Positions 51,877 through 64,000 are shown, counted from the first letter of the stretch. The stretch: DNA of 64,000 nucleotides from Naegleria gruberi (GCA_000004985.1 GG738899.1); one strand, 5' to 3'. The notes: generated by a model not told the origin, from the letters alone. Numbers and translations: made by a program.

Positions 51877-53763
51877 ATGATGATTCATCGTTTCCTCTTC
51901 CGAAGCAGCAATCCTTTAATATTTTGCATTCTATTCATCCTTGTTACTACTATTTTATTCTCCTCTCATCAAGGTACGATAAATTTTATTTAAATATTAA
52001 TTAATTAAATTAAATTAGCTTATTGTGATGAGAAGAATATTTTGATATTGTCATTACCATTTCCAGGCCATATTCGTCCGAATGTAGAGCTGATGGAATC
52101 CCTTTCAAATTCTCCAACTGTATCGAATATTACTTTGATGACTGTAAAGATTGGAATGATGGCTGATCCTAGATTGAAAAAGTGGTATTCTCAAGTGAAT
52201 GGTACAGACGCAGATAGAAAAGTTCATGTTGCAGTGATGGAGAGTGAGTCATTCTTATCTGAAAGTTCTGATCTTTCATATCTTTACAATGAAATGAGTA
52301 AGATTAGAGATTTGGATGTAATTGACCAATTCAAATTTACTTTCAATAGATTTATGATTCCATACGAACGTTTACTTATTCAAAGTTTGGAAATTGCTGA
52401 AGTTTTAAATGGAAAAGTTATTAATATTGTCCCATTGGAAGAACGTTTACAAAAATTAGCTAAAACTCCCCAAAAAGGTGTCAAGAGATTTATGAGAATT
52501 CGTAATGATCCATCTGAAACTCTATTCGATCAGGCAGTTGTCGATTTTGCTTTGATTTCAATGCAAGCTATCGTTGCTGGAGGAAATATTCCATGCACCA
52601 AGATTTATGCTGCCTACTTTAGACAATTCATGTTCCATTATCCAGCCATTTCGGTTGCTTCGATGGATTATTTCACAACCTACCCAAAGAGATTAATCAT
52701 GCCTTTCAAGGCCCTTAAAGACTTGTTCTTTATTACAGAATACATGGCCGGATTGGGTAGTTATTTTGAAATGGAAGAATTGGGAAAGAGTGATTATTCA
52801 TGTGCCTTGATTCAAACCACCAGTTTTGGATTCGAATATGCTTCAAGTAATGTGCAACAGTTTGGTGCTTTCCTTGTTGGTCCATTCATTAATGATAATC
52901 ACATTGCAAATGAAATTGACCATTTGAAACAATTGGCAGGCACCTCCAACGAAGTTTCCAATAAGTGGACAGAAACTTCTGGCTATGAAGGATTCTTTGA
53001 ATGGGTTGATGAACAACAAGATATCATGCTAATGATTCTTGGATCTACAATGGTTTTAGATGATAATATCATGGCCAAATTGATTAAGGGATTACAAATT
53101 GCCCTCCAAGAAAATCCAAACATTTCCATCATTACTGCATTTGGTCATATTAATATGGATCTTTTTGAAAAGTTGGCACAAACAAATGCTCCACTCGTTC
53201 AATCCGTACTGAACAATAAGAGATTCAAATTATTGAAGGGTTTCGTTCCTCAGAAAGCTTTAATGTCCATCGAGAAGGTCAAAATTTTCTTTACTCACTG
53301 TGGAGCTAACAGTGTAAATGAAGCTCTTTACTTTGGTAAATTGCTGATTGGATTCCCATATGCTTTCGATCAATGGAAGGTAGCTCATACTATTGAAGAA
53401 TTCCAACTTGGACGTGCCATCTATAAATCCAGAGAGGAATCTATGGTATGGAAATCAGAAAGTATTTCACAAGCCATTCACGAATTGCTCTACAATGAAG
53501 AAAAGAGAGAACTCTACAAAACCAAAGCAAGACACACCAAATCTCTCATGAGAAGATCAGGAGGCGTAAAGAGAGCTGCTGAAATTGTCGAAATGGTGTC
53601 GGAAGTTGATGGTGATCTCTCTTGGAAAATTGCAGACAAACACCTCACATGGTGGCAATACTATTGTCTTGATATTGTGTTAGTCTATTCATTCCTCATG
53701 TATCTTGTAGTCAAATTAGCATGCTTGCTTTGTTGCAACAGAAGAAAGGTAAAGAAGGAATAA
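51877..53763 (+). CDS. UDP-glycosyltransferase (GT1 family, animal UGT-like with a C-terminal membrane anchor). join(51877..51973,52019..53763)
   Basis: Exon 1 encodes signal peptide MMIHRFLFRSSNPLIFCILFILVTTILFSSHQ. A 45-nt intron (GTACGA...AAATTAG) leads into ...YCDEKNILILSLPFPGHIRP. The UGT signature is FTHCGANSVNEALYFGKLLIGFPYAFDQ. C-terminal TM helix YCLDIVLVYSFLMYLVVKLACLL and a basic tail. Confidence 0.7.
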
Positions 53764-53810
53764 CATATCACTCTCCAAGCTCAATGACTGAATGGGATGA
53801 CTATGAAAGT

Positions 53811-55046
53811 TCAATAAATTAAAATCCAAACATTTCCATCTATACCTATTTCACATTTGAATTTAATAGACGTCAATTGTCTCTTATCCTTGTTGAATAC
53901 CTTGAATACAACTCCTTCAGATCCACATTCCAATACTGAAATGAAATCATACTCCTCCTTTAGATCTTTGTAATAAAAATTGAGAATTTCAACTGACTTT
54001 GCAAACTCTCCATGTAATTCGTTATATTTGCCGAGTATTTCTTTGTAATTATCGAAAGTTTTCTCATCTTCCAGCCATTTTGTGGCGAACAGCATCAACT
54101 GTTGGATTTCCTTTTCGGTATAAAATGATGTATCAAACTTTTCTGAAATATATTCCACAACGTACTTCAATTCTTTCACATTAGTTGAAACAGCAGGATT
54201 ATCTTCCATAAATTTATCCAATCTAAAACAAAATAAGTAATAATCAATACTGTCTTCTTGACTAACCTCAATGTTAGATTCTGAATTATTAACTCTCATT
54301 AATATTTGAAATATAATCAACTTTTCCACAAAGCTGGGTGAGTAGTTGCGGTTGAACTTGAACAGAGTCTTCTTTAGTTTTGGATTCATATTTGGCAATT
54401 CGATACAATAAAATAGTTCAGTTTCATCACTGAAATTTTGATATAACTCAATAATATTCCGTGATAATTTGGTTTGGAGATTGTAATGTTCAATAATTTG
54501 TGTTAGATCAGGTGAATATTCTCTTGCTTTTGGTAAATTTTGTTTTGATAATAAATAAATAAATTTGACATTTGACTTCAATGATTCGCTGGCATATATC
54601 AGAGAAAATGCATTTTTCTTAACAGATTCCAATACAATTTCTTCATCTTTTTTAAATATTTCATTGGTATAGTACAGAACTAATCCATTTTTCTTGACAG
54701 CTTCCAAAATAAATTCTCTATCTTTTCGTAACGATTCATTTGCAAAATTGAGTGAAAATTCATTCAATTCAATAGCTTCCAACAAAAACCCTCTATCCCT
54801 TCTCAATGTTGAATTGGCATAATTCAAAGAAAAGCTATACTTTCCAACAGCAGCCAACAATATCTCTCTATCTATCCTAAACGATTCGTCTACAATTTCA
54901 ATTACTGATCCGTCCTGTTGAACAGCTTCCAATGCCAATTCTCTATCCTTCTCCAAGTCAATGGCATATACCAGTGCAAATCCGTTTTTCCTAACTGCCA
55001 ACAATATAAATTCACGATCCTTCCGAAGTGAAATGTTTGCTTTCAA
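53811..55046 (-). CDS. DUF4116-repeat protein
   Basis: At least six tandem copies of the about 37-aa motif L(R/K)KDREFILEAVKKNG.AL.YA...L(K/R)(K/R)D.E (DUF4116). The C-terminal half has no recognised domain. Single exon. Confidence 0.5.
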   Translation of the reverse strand: MKANISLRKDREFILLAVRKNGFALVYAIDLEKDRELALEAVQQDGSVIEIVDESFRIDREILLAAVGKYSFSLNYANSTLRRDRGFLLEAIELNEFSLNFANESLRKDREFILEAVKKNGLVLYYTNEIFKKDEEIVLESVKKNAFSLIYASESLKSNVKFIYLLSKQNLPKAREYSPDLTQIIEHYNLQTKLSRNIIELYQNFSDETELFYCIELPNMNPKLKKTLFKFNRNYSPSFVEKLIIFQILMRVNNSESNIEVSQEDSIDYYLFCFRLDKFMEDNPAVSTNVKELKYVVEYISEKFDTSFYTEKEIQQLMLFATKWLEDEKTFDNYKEILGKYNELHGEFAKSVEILNFYYKDLKEEYDFISVLECGSEGVVFKVFNKDKRQLTSIKFKCEIGIDGNVWILIY

Positions 55047-55532
55047 GAGACAAGAACAATCATTGCCAAAGGAGGGAATTTGTTGTAAAACGAATTGTTC
55101 ATTGGACTGGTAAAAGTTGGATTTATGAAAGTTAGTGATCAGAAAATGTTAAATACTAACCCATTGATTTTGCATTTTTTTCAAGTTGACCTAGTTGTTT
55201 ATTCAACCAATTCATGATAGGTTACCACTTGGTAACAAATTATGTTGTGCTGATAGAATTGATTGGTGGAATATTTACTACGGCGAATTAAATGGTAAAC
55301 TCCCCTAATTGATCAATTTCCTGCTGTTTTCACAAACTTGGTAAGACGAGATCGCATCTCTGAATACAATCCTAGCTCAAATTTAAAAGACATGCCAAAA
55401 CCATGTTTCCATGATGCATGCATCCAATTACATGTTTGCTTGTTGGTAACCATGTATCACAAACTTGATGGCCACACATTTTCATGCTCCATGAAAAGTG
55501 ATTTGTCATCAAAAATACATGCTCGCCCAAAG

Positions 55533-55880
55533 CTAATCACCAACTGCCTCTTGCAAGATGGCAAATATGACATGCAAAAGACCAGGTACGTAGCACAACA
55601 TGGTCAGCATGGCACAAACAACAATCTGTCTCACCTTCTCTCCCTTCTCCATTGGGTGCTTGAGATGGAATCTTAACAAGATCCCCATCGCCAAAGGAGG
55701 AAACAGGATAGCTGTCGTTAGCAACATTAAAGAGCAAGATGATGAGCCAGAATTTTCATCCTCCTTCCTCGAGGATGAATTCTTAGCCTTCCTAATTTCA
55801 TCATCAGATGATGCTGATGAGGGAATATTTACTATTACAACGCCTCCTCCTCCACTGCCAACACTACTTCCCTCTGTCAT
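55533..55880 (-). CDS. PMP3/UPF0057-family plasma-membrane proteolipid with a Ser/Gly-rich N-terminal extension
   Basis: The C-terminal 60 aa, ILFPPLAMGILLRFHLK...IVVCAMLTMLCYVPGLLHVIFAILQ, align with yeast Pmp3 (LFLPPVAVFLARGWG..IVDIILTILAWFPGMLYALYIVLQ). ATG at 55880. Confidence 0.45.
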   Translation of the reverse strand: MTEGSSVGSGGGGVVIVNIPSSASSDDEIRKAKNSSSRKEDENSGSSSCSLMLLTTAILFPPLAMGILLRFHLKHPMEKGEKVRQIVVCAMLTMLCYVPGLLHVIFAILQEAVGD

Positions 55881-56411
55881 GTAGTAGTGATTTCTGGTTG
55901 ATATTCCTCTCTCTGTTTATTTACACCACCAGTTCTTGGATGATTACCGAATATTCGTTTTGTGTTCTTTGAAAAATCAGAGTGTACGCTGCTGAAAACT
56001 TTTGTATTTTTTTTGAGGTGCGCACTGGAGTAGAATGGAAACGAGGCTACAAATGGCATGCTCGGGTTGACTTTTGTGGACTGGTATGAAATATTGTAGT
56101 GGCCACCACTTTACAACTCATTTGCATAATACTGTAATAGTACTTAATGAGCTTGAGGTACTTTTATGAAACCTTTTGCTTGTTGGGAGTAGATACAATC
56201 CACGAATGTAAGAGTAGAGAATATTTGGAAAGCAAAAAATTTGAAGTTTTACAATAGTTTACAATTTGTGAATTTACAAAAATTGGAAAGACGTTCCAAA
56301 CATCTTTCAAATCTCAAGTGATCGTTGGAGTGCAAAGGTATCAGTGATGCTGCAGGGTATTATTATTTTACAAGAGTCAAAAATGTTACTTTGGATCAAA
56401 GAAATATCAAA

Positions 56412-56927
56412 TCATTTTAGGAAGGAGGTGGAATAGGAAACAGACATTTGATATTTTGTTTGGTAATGGTTATTGTTACAATACGTCAATGAGTTAGCAA
56501 ATGCAGTTGTAGAGGCAGCAGAAGTATAATAACTGGAGGTAGTTGTTTGAGGAATCACTGCAAGTACATCTGCAGAAGATCGTTTGGTTCTCTTAGATTG
56601 TTTGTTCTTCTTTGGTTGTGCAGTGTTGGCATTTGAATTTGATTGAAGTAAATTCTCGAGGAAGGAACACACCATACTATCATCTTCAATATTGGTAACA
56701 TCCATAGATCCCTTTCTCTTTCTCTTTTTAGAAGAGTTTGAATCAGTCTTCATTGAAATATCTGAATCAGTTGTTCCTAACTCTAGTGAGCCGTTGCTGT
56801 TGGTGTTATTACAAAATAATTGTGGTGGAGATGAAAGGTTCAAGGAAGGAGAGTAAAGTGTCACCAAACAGTTTTGAGAAGGTGTAACTCCTTCGTTGCA
56901 ATGAAAGTTATCGTCCCATGATCTCAT
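56412..56927 (-). CDS. Hypothetical low-complexity basic protein (KKRKRK NLS-like motif)
   Basis: 171-aa ORF with ATG. The only ORF of any length in a roughly 3-kb gene-poor stretch. No domain. Confidence 0.2.
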   Translation of the reverse strand: MRSWDDNFHCNEGVTPSQNCLVTLYSPSLNLSSPPQLFCNNTNSNGSLELGTTDSDISMKTDSNSSKKRKRKGSMDVTNIEDDSMVCSFLENLLQSNSNANTAQPKKNKQSKRTKRSSADVLAVIPQTTTSSYYTSAASTTAFANSLTYCNNNHYQTKYQMSVSYSTSFLK

Positions 56928-59012
56928 TCTTCAATTAACTGTAGGTTGTTTGGAATTGTTTCTGTTCGGTTTGGTTTGAGTCCAATTTTTTGATGTTGAG
57001 TTATTCGTAAAAGAATCAATCTTCTTTCTAATCGAATCGTGTTATTAATAAATGTGTGCAGCAATTCAATGAAAGATGAGAAGGTTGATAAAGTTGATTG
57101 TCCAATATTGATCAACTTCTGTTTGTGAGTATTGTTCTTTTTTTGAGAATGTATTCATAATGTAAAAAGATTCATGCTTTTTCAATGTGCAAGAAATGTT
57201 ATTGTGAAAAACCAGATGAAGCAGATAGAATCGTGCATTGACAAACAAGTCATTTTTCTGTAAAAGGGTATTGAAATGGTAAAATATTGATAATACGAGC
57301 AGTTCATGTACTAGCTTGAAATGGTCTTTGGTTGATGCCGTACATTCATAAAATGAAAAACACTATCATTAAAAAAATTCATGAATTCATCTCATCATGT
57401 ACCTATAAACAATATTGGCATTAGCATGTTGACAATCATTAGACGGCATACCAATTATTGTACCAAGAATATTTCAGATAAATATCATAATCAGTGAGAT
57501 TAAAAAGTGTAACTTTTCGATATGTATTTCCATATGTTAACATGGAGAAGAATAATTTGTAAGAATTATTTGTTGTTGTTGCCTCCTCGGTGTATGAGTT
57601 TACAATTCATAATAACCGTAGTTATCTTGTTGTTGTAAATCTTGTTGTTAATTTCTGTAGATGATGTACACAGACGATGTAATGTTTGAAGGATGTGGTA
57701 AAATCACGTTGGTTGATGATACTAAACTATTGTCCTTCTTTTTGTTTAAACAACACCATGCTGTTTCAAAAATCAGTATTGATTTTGTTCTTGTTGTTGT
57801 GTAAACTTTTCTATTATTTTTGTCATCCTTCACAAAGTTTTCTAGTGACAATCAAATTTTTCTTTCAACGAAATCTCTCAGGGTTGATCTGGTACTAACC
57901 ACTTTCATCAAGATAGGAAGTTGAATTAGTGCATTTTTTTTAATTTTGCTTCAATTCAACCGCCACAAAATGTCATCTTGTTAAACAAGGCCAGACAAAA
58001 ATCTTGCTTACCCAGTGCTGATCTGATACTGCCAGATTGCTTGTGTGCTTTTCACAACTTTAAATGTATTATCTAAAGATGTCGTGTACTATTATTGGAT
58101 GCTCTTTTGGGGAACCATAGATTTTAAAGGGTGAATACGTCAGTAGCAATTTGTAATTCCATATTGCCATTCGAGTTCGTTAATTGGCGCGACACATGGA
58201 CTGTGTGTGAGTTCTTCAAAATCTACAACTGTAGTAATTGATAATACATTCAATAAAGAAAGAAGCACAATGGGGTAGGACAATGGACAATCTTCAAACC
58301 GAAACTAATTTTGTAAATTTTTACAATTTTGCATTGTAACAAAATGCACTACAGCAGTCGCGACATTCTGTCCATTAATATTATAATAATAAAATTGTAA
58401 TGTGGCAACCAATCTCAGTATCTGGTATCGTCGTGATAGCATGTTAAAGAAGGTTTCTGCCTTAAATTTGAGATTTCTAAACAGAGTACCATTCACCTGT
58501 TTAATGAAACAGCTGTTTCGTACATTATTTTCAATGAGGAAGTCACTCAATCATTCCTATTTCAATTATTCGAACAGTTAACGACAGCATTAATGAATAC
58601 TCCTTCCTCAAAACCTCACCCATCAAAAATATTATAAATATCTTTGCATCGTCATAATCGGCCAAACTATTAACTTCTTAATATTACCAATAAGCAACAA
58701 CAAGAATCTAACGATTAAAAATCCATTCATCCGAGACTATTTGTTCTCTTCCAAGTTAACATTCGAAGGAGAAAAATCTCATTTCCTTTGCCACATGTTT
58801 TCATCATCATCAGCAACCAATTCGGCACAAGGCAAACAACGGCGTATTTCGTGATGAATAGTATCTTTGCCTCATTTGCGTGTTTGTGTTGCCTTTCTAA
58901 AAGTGTTGTAGAAAACGCGCCATTTTTTTAAGCAGGCAAAAAATTTAGGCTTTACACTTCCACTTTACGCTGGAGAACTTGTGAGTCTTCCAAATTTATC
59001 AATTAAAAAAAA

Positions 59013-59747
59013 GTGAGAACAGACGTATTCAACAATTCTGTTAGAGATCTCTTCTGTGCTTTGATACAACCACAAAGAAGAAAATTTTCGTCTCGAGATA
59101 ATTTAATTATAATGAATGGTCAATCATTTGTGGTGATGACTAACAAGTCAAACAATGAACAACAATGGAATGAAAAGTGTTTATTTCGATCCTTGATACA
59201 CGATGAGGATATTTCGAATGTATTAATACATGATGAAGAGGAGGAAATGAATGATACATTGAGTCATGATGGTTGCTTAGCAATAGAGGATGGAATGGAA
59301 GAGGAATTATTTGATAATGTATTCTTTTTCAATGTGACGATGAAATTGAATGGTAAAATATTGTCCTGTGGAGTTTCCTTCTGTGATACTAATCAGGTCA
59401 ACCAGAGGAAGGACTCGTATATAATACTCACGACTGATATGATACCAATGAGTGACTCCATTTCGATACATCAGCTGTGTCTGTACATACCAGAAATCAT
59501 TCTCAATTATTCACATATGAAATACAAGTGCAATAACTTGCATATTGTCATTGAAATGAAACAAGCAAACCAAACAATAGAAATACAAATGAATTGCCAA
59601 ACAGAATGCATCTATTCAGAGCTTCTACCACTCAACAATGTAAATATTACGACCACCAACACGGTCAACAAGGATGGAAGGACGCTGCCACTATTACAAC
59701 TCAGACTGATGCAAACCCGTCTTCCTCTTTCATGGTCGGTTGATTAA
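59013..59747 (+). CDS. Hypothetical protein
   Basis: 244-aa ORF. No recognised motif. The model is uncertain. Confidence 0.25.
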   Translation: MRTDVFNNSVRDLFCALIQPQRRKFSSRDNLIIMNGQSFVVMTNKSNNEQQWNEKCLFRSLIHDEDISNVLIHDEEEEMNDTLSHDGCLAIEDGMEEELFDNVFFFNVTMKLNGKILSCGVSFCDTNQVNQRKDSYIILTTDMIPMSDSISIHQLCLYIPEIILNYSHMKYKCNNLHIVIEMKQANQTIEIQMNCQTECIYSELLPLNNVNITTTNTVNKDGRTLPLLQLRLMQTRLPLSWSVD

Positions 59748-59928
59748 TCACCTTCCCTAAATAACTATAATAAACCCTGAATAATTGTTTTGTAATGTAG
59801 ATCTGCATTTTCGCTCTTCCAAACCGAATACTACCACTTGCCAAGTATGGCAACACAATCTATTCATTTTCAAAAAAGTTACACCTTCTAAATACATAAA
59901 TGTAAAGGATATGGTTTTAATTTGGTAT

Positions 59929-61839
59929 TTAGTATGAACTTGCGAGTTTAGAATGCAATGCTTCGGCCATCATTTTGCCCTTGTTGTGAATTCTCTTGCC
60001 TTCGAGATATAAAATTGCTTCTAAATAAGTGTCTGGAACGACTTTGTAAACTATTGGTGAGTTGAATGCAAAGTGGAAAATGTTACAAAGCATCTTCTTT
60101 TGAGTTGGTGGATCCAAGACCCAAATTTCACATCGAATTTCCAATGATTTTTCACCAGCATAGACAATTTGTGAAGTGAATTCGACAACACTTCCTACTT
60201 CAACTGGACGTAAGAAACTGTTTTCATTCAAGGCAAGGAAAACTGGTTTGTGTTTAGTGAACATGTATGCAGTCAAGAATCCCAACTCATAGGCCTCTAT
60301 TTTAGTTCAATAAATTCCAAATTTCAAAAATTCCACAATATTAATTCCATAAATATATTATAATGGATTTGAGTAAAATTAAAAATATAAATTAACAATT
60401 AAAACATACCCTTCAAGAGGAAACCACCAAAGATTTTTCCATGAATATTTCTATTAGTTGGATGCATAATCTTAATATTGCTTTGACGAGTTGTTGCCAT
60501 TGGCATGCAAGCTTGAGGTTCTCCTCCATCCAAGGATAATTGGTGGACAGTGAGACAGTTTGGATTTGAATTATCAAAGTCAGTTGTGATTTGTGGTTGC
60601 TTCATCTTTTGAAGGAAAATATCGTGAATGAGTAATCTTTCTTCATCACTTGGTGGCTTCTTCATGAGACTTAGGTCGCTCATTAATTTTCTTCTTGTTT
60701 GATTTTCCTTACCAATTTCGAACAAAATCTTATCCTCTTGAGTGTCTGGACTAATACTGTGAACAACAGTGGACTTGTTGGAGGACTTGTCCAAGGCAAC
60801 CATGACGAAATAAGCAACCATGACAAGATCTCTTTGTTCACTCAATCCATTATTTGTGAAAGTATTGCTGTACAATGAGCTATCACTTGTTGGTGAGTCC
60901 TTCTTCAAACTGTGAACTTCAATTCTGATTTCCATACTAGATTTACCAGTACATGTAACTTTACCAACAATTTCCAAATCAAAGAAAGGAATAATTGGCT
61001 TTTGTAATTCAATTCTATCGATGGCTGCAGTGACAATGGTCAAAGGTCTTCTCTTATCAAAACCATCGGAGTGTTTATAAGCTACTTCTCCTGCAAGAGC
61101 ATCCAAATCTTCCAACTATTTTTCAATATATATGAATTCCAAATGTTAACATTGATTATTAGTAATATTTCAAATAGATATATAATAATAATATTAATAA
61201 TATTGTTAATGATATTATTCACATAATTTGATAGTAAAATAAAAACTTACAAGACGACCAATTCTCATTCCATTAAAAGCATTCATATAGATATCTCTCA
61301 ATTTAGAATCGGTAGAGAATGGCAATTTAATAACAACTTCACTTTCCTTTGGTGATTTTGACTTGATTTCGAAAGGCTTTTCCTCAGCAGGTTGTCCATT
61401 ATTTAACATTTCATTCATGTGATCTTCTTGTTGTTGAGAGAGGTATCTTCTTTCAAATCTGTGCTTGTTCAAATGATAATCAATACTTTAACATTATTCC
61501 GAAATAATATATTAATAGTAATAATAATAATAATAATGTAAAATCATCGTGATCATCCACAATTAATCCGATCATTAGAGAGAAGTAGAATAATATTAAC
61601 CAATAATCCGTAATGATCAAGATATATCAAAAAGGATTGAAAATAACCTACTCTTTAGCGACTCTTACAGACAAGGATTCGGCATCTTGTACTTCTGTTT
61701 CTTGAGTTTGATTTCTCATCAATTGATTGGAGTGATAACAGCCCTTTGATGATGCTGAGAATCTCACCACCAACAACGAACATGAGGAAGAACCAATTCT
61801 TCTTGTGGCTCTTGAAAGTGTTGAAGTGAATGATTTCAT
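59929..61839 (-). CDS. ACOT9-like acyl-CoA thioesterase (double hotdog fold) with a mitochondrial-type presequence, 4 exons (minus strand): 61839..61652, 61458..61251, 61115..60410, 60296..59929
   Basis: Presequence MKSFTSTLSRATRRIGSSS. The introns are 193 nt (GTAGGT...CACAG), 134 nt (GTAAGT...AAATAG) and 113 nt (GTATGT...AAATAG). Splicing joins ...HGKIFGGFLLKG|AYELGFLTAYMFTKHKPVFLALNENSFLRPVEVGSVVEF (thioesterase motif). The second hotdog domain lies in exon 3. Confidence 0.65.
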
Positions 61840-61984
61840 TTTTTTAAATTCTAATTTTAAATAATTTTAAGGAAAAATATTCTTTTTTTCATATTTATTT
61901 GAATTGAAATAATATCAACATGAAATTTACATTAAGAAAAACTATTTTTAAGACAAAATTGATTGAAAATTTGAGCATGTTAAC

Positions 61985-62692
61985 TTAAAGTGATTTGGAA
62001 GGTGTTGGTGCACGGGTCAATCTTAAATACCATTCAACAAATAAACATGAAGTCACCCAACCAGCAATGAATTCGAAAGCAAAGAGTTTGTGAGCTGTGG
62101 CAGTAACTAACCAAGCATCTGGAGCACAGAGGACATTCTTTGCAATGGTGACCAAAATTCTCATGTAGAAGACTCCAAAACAAAGAGCCCACATTCTACA
62201 AGCCCATTCTCTATGAGCTGCAAAGTCCTTTCTTCTAGCACTTTCGAATGATTTGTAAATACACACCAAGGTATAAGGTGCAAACACAAATGTTGCCAAT
62301 TGACACAAAATACCCATCTTGGAGGTCAAAACCAGCAAGATTGAAGAGATGACCGAAACAACAGCACTCACAAATGTAATCTGACCTAACAATTTGTGAA
62401 CTTTTCCACCAACCATCTTTCTCATCACACCCAACAATTGGAAAGGAGACAAAACAAAGACCACTCCTCCACAAACCACATGTCCCAAAAACAATGCATA
62501 CTTGACCAATCCACTCTCATGATAGGCCTTAAACCACTTATCATAAAATCCCTCTCCCAAACTCTCTGTTGTGCTGGCTCTATGATAGCTATCACTGTAC
62601 ATCATCAGACAATGAATGCCGAAATAGAGAGAGGCCAATGTCATTAAACTCCACAAGGAATAAGAAGCAACCGAAGATAAAAAAGCTTTCAT
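61985..62692 (-). CDS. Multi-pass integral membrane protein of unknown function (5-6 TM helices)
   Basis: 235-aa ORF with alternating hydrophobic helices (WSLMTLASLYFGIHCLMMY, ALFLGHVVCGGVVFVLSPF, ITFVSAVVSVISSILLVL ...). No catalytic motif recognised. Confidence 0.4.
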   Translation of the reverse strand: MKAFLSSVASYSLWSLMTLASLYFGIHCLMMYSDSYHRASTTESLGEGFYDKWFKAYHESGLVKYALFLGHVVCGGVVFVLSPFQLLGVMRKMVGGKVHKLLGQITFVSAVVSVISSILLVLTSKMGILCQLATFVFAPYTLVCIYKSFESARRKDFAAHREWACRMWALCFGVFYMRILVTIAKNVLCAPDAWLVTATAHKLFAFEFIAGWVTSCLFVEWYLRLTRAPTPSKSL

Positions 62693-63212
62693 TTCTGGTT
62701 ATTTGCTTGGATTATAGCAGTGTAGTTGTTTTTTTTGAATGTTACAAATGCAATGAGAATGTTGGTGCAAGGTTAGGTGGTGATTTAGTTGGTTTTCACA
62801 CAGAGTGCCAAAAGGTAAGTAGTTGTTGGTCGATTCGAAGATGATCCAACAACTCCTTAATTTCCCCGTTTGGAGCATATTAATAAGATCAATGAGATTA
62901 CAATAAAAATTGTCCGCATCGTTGACTAATATCTTGTGTTGTGAAAAATAATGATGGTTGTGAAAATAATTGACTCGATTTCAAAGAACACATAGGATTC
63001 ATTCGTTGATGATGCACTTTTTGTTAAGGCAAGTCAACAAGAGTTCCTAAGAGGATGATGTTTCTCAATGCCGTGAACAAACCTTTGTTATTGAGTATCA
63101 ATTATTATAAATTGAGATGGTAACCAAGTCGAAACCAATTTCCTTTTAGGTAATTTAAAAACAACTTTTGGTCATTGCCTATCAAACAATCCAATTAGAA
63201 AAAAAATCATTG

Positions 63213-64000
63213 ATGATGATTAGAACGATGACTCTAAATTTCCTTTGCATTGCTTTACCACTAGTTGCATTGCTTTTCATCAGCTCCCAGTGGATTGTCT
63301 TTTCGAAACCTGTCGAATATCAAATAGAAACACTATCAGCCACTTCCCAACCATTGTCTTTTTCCTTCACACTTGGTCGGCAATCTTCATCACAAAACGA
63401 ATTAATTTACTTTCTTTCTTTTTACCAATTATTCGAATTCAACCAAAATGGTGGAAAATTGTCACAATTAATTGGTTGTGATTCCTCTTCATCTGGCAGT
63501 AAATTGTCATGTGAAAGCTTTTCGCATTTCAAGAATGGTGCTAAATTCTCATCTGCCAATCGAACCAATATTTTGTTTTCCAGTTTTCATGTGGACGAAA
63601 GTGATGAAAATCAAATTTATCTTTCCAGTTTTTATCAAATTTATTTATTTAATAAGAGGGAAGGTATTATTACACTACTTTCCGATAAGGATTTTGATAA
63701 AAAAACGAATGCACGAGATGGAATGTTTCTAAACGAAACTGTATTTACTGAAATACGGTCAATTACGAAAGATTTTATTGGAAATATGTTTATTTGTGAT
63801 GATGAAGTAATTTACAAAGTTGGTTTAGATGGAATTTTACGAGAATTGACCTCTCGTGAGGGAACTTCACTTAAAAAACAAAACGGCTATTCGAATCAGA
63901 CTATTCTCCTGAACCCAACTTTTATTTCACATCATAAGGGTTATATATATGGATATGACATATTTTCCATCTTTAAAATCAATATAGAAACAGGTTGGTT
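63213..64000 (+). CDS. Secreted protein, N-terminal part (continues past the window end)
   Basis: ATG at 63213 (MMIRTMTLNFLCIALPLVALLFISSQW = signal peptide). The frame then stays open for 262 codons to the window edge. It is absent from the ORF track only because it has no stop inside the window. Confidence 0.4.
   Translation, partial: MMIRTMTLNFLCIALPLVALLFISSQWIVFSKPVEYQIETLSATSQPLSFSFTLGRQSSSQNELIYFLSFYQLFEFNQNGGKLSQLIGCDSSSSGSKLSCESFSHFKNGAKFSSANRTNILFSSFHVDESDENQIYLSSFYQIYLFNKREGIITLLSDKDFDKKTNARDGMFLNETVFTEIRSITKDFIGNMFICDDEVIYKVGLDGILRELTSREGTSLKKQNGYSNQTILLNPTFISHHKGYIYGYDIFSIFKINIETGW

Noticed and set aside
55338-55884. Plus-strand ORFs 55338..55676 and 55600..55884
   Set aside because: They are antisense to the PMP3-like proteolipid ORF, whose C-terminal half aligns residue-by-residue with the yeast Pmp3 family.
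1-64000. Prokaryotic interpretation (operons, RBS, rho-independent terminators, CRISPR arrays)
   Set aside because: The window has canonical GTAAGT...YAG introns that repair reading frames and restore conserved motifs, eukaryotic tRNA features, and signal peptide/TM/EGF/RING architectures. No CRISPR-like regularly spaced direct repeats were seen.

Overview
This window is eukaryotic nuclear DNA: AT-rich, gene-dense (about one gene per 2 kb) and spliced, so bacterial operon logic does not apply. Introns are very short, 30-195 nt and mostly 43-90 nt, with GTAAGT/GTATGT/GTAGGT donors and (Y)AG acceptors; I found them by reading across ORF-track frame breaks. I support about 37 protein-coding genes (a few with unresolved 5' exons or frameshifts) and two Pol III tRNAs, an initiator-type tRNA-Met and a tRNA-Pro(TGG). 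The gene content is a family of receptor kinases with NHL-repeat beta-propeller, EGF-like modules and a single TM helix (at least three members, one with two frameshifts), an RGS protein, an ABCG-like half transporter with a degenerate ATPase site, a BAR-SH3 protein, an ArfGAP-BTB protein, an LZTR1-like RWD-Kelch-BTB protein, a TRIM37-like RING-B-box-coiled-coil-MATH protein, a CDF metal transporter, a UDP-glycosyltransferase, a URI1-like prefoldin, an ACOT9-like thioesterase and a PMP3 proteolipid. Several genes belong to families that are typically bacterial: a GH44 endoglucanase fused to tandem EGF modules, a CHAP-domain amidase, a DsbA-like thioredoxin and a PHB-depolymerase-family esterase. 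The stand-out feature is an apparently intact 4.8-kb DNA transposon at 20183..24999. It has an 8-bp target-site duplication (AGATAAAT), imperfect ~60-bp terminal inverted repeats and subterminal hairpins. It carries one intronless 1223-aa ORF that combines Cys-cluster zinc-binding regions, a coiled coil, a central transposase-sized region of unknown fold, a DEDDh 3'-5' exonuclease domain and a long C-terminal array of B-box-like CxxC fingers. The element sits exactly on the stop codon of a dihydroxyacetone kinase gene and rewrites its C-terminus. I cannot assign the organism. The TRIM-like and receptor-kinase architectures point to the animal/holozoan side, and the tiny introns and bacterial-family genes resemble compact invertebrate or protist genomes.
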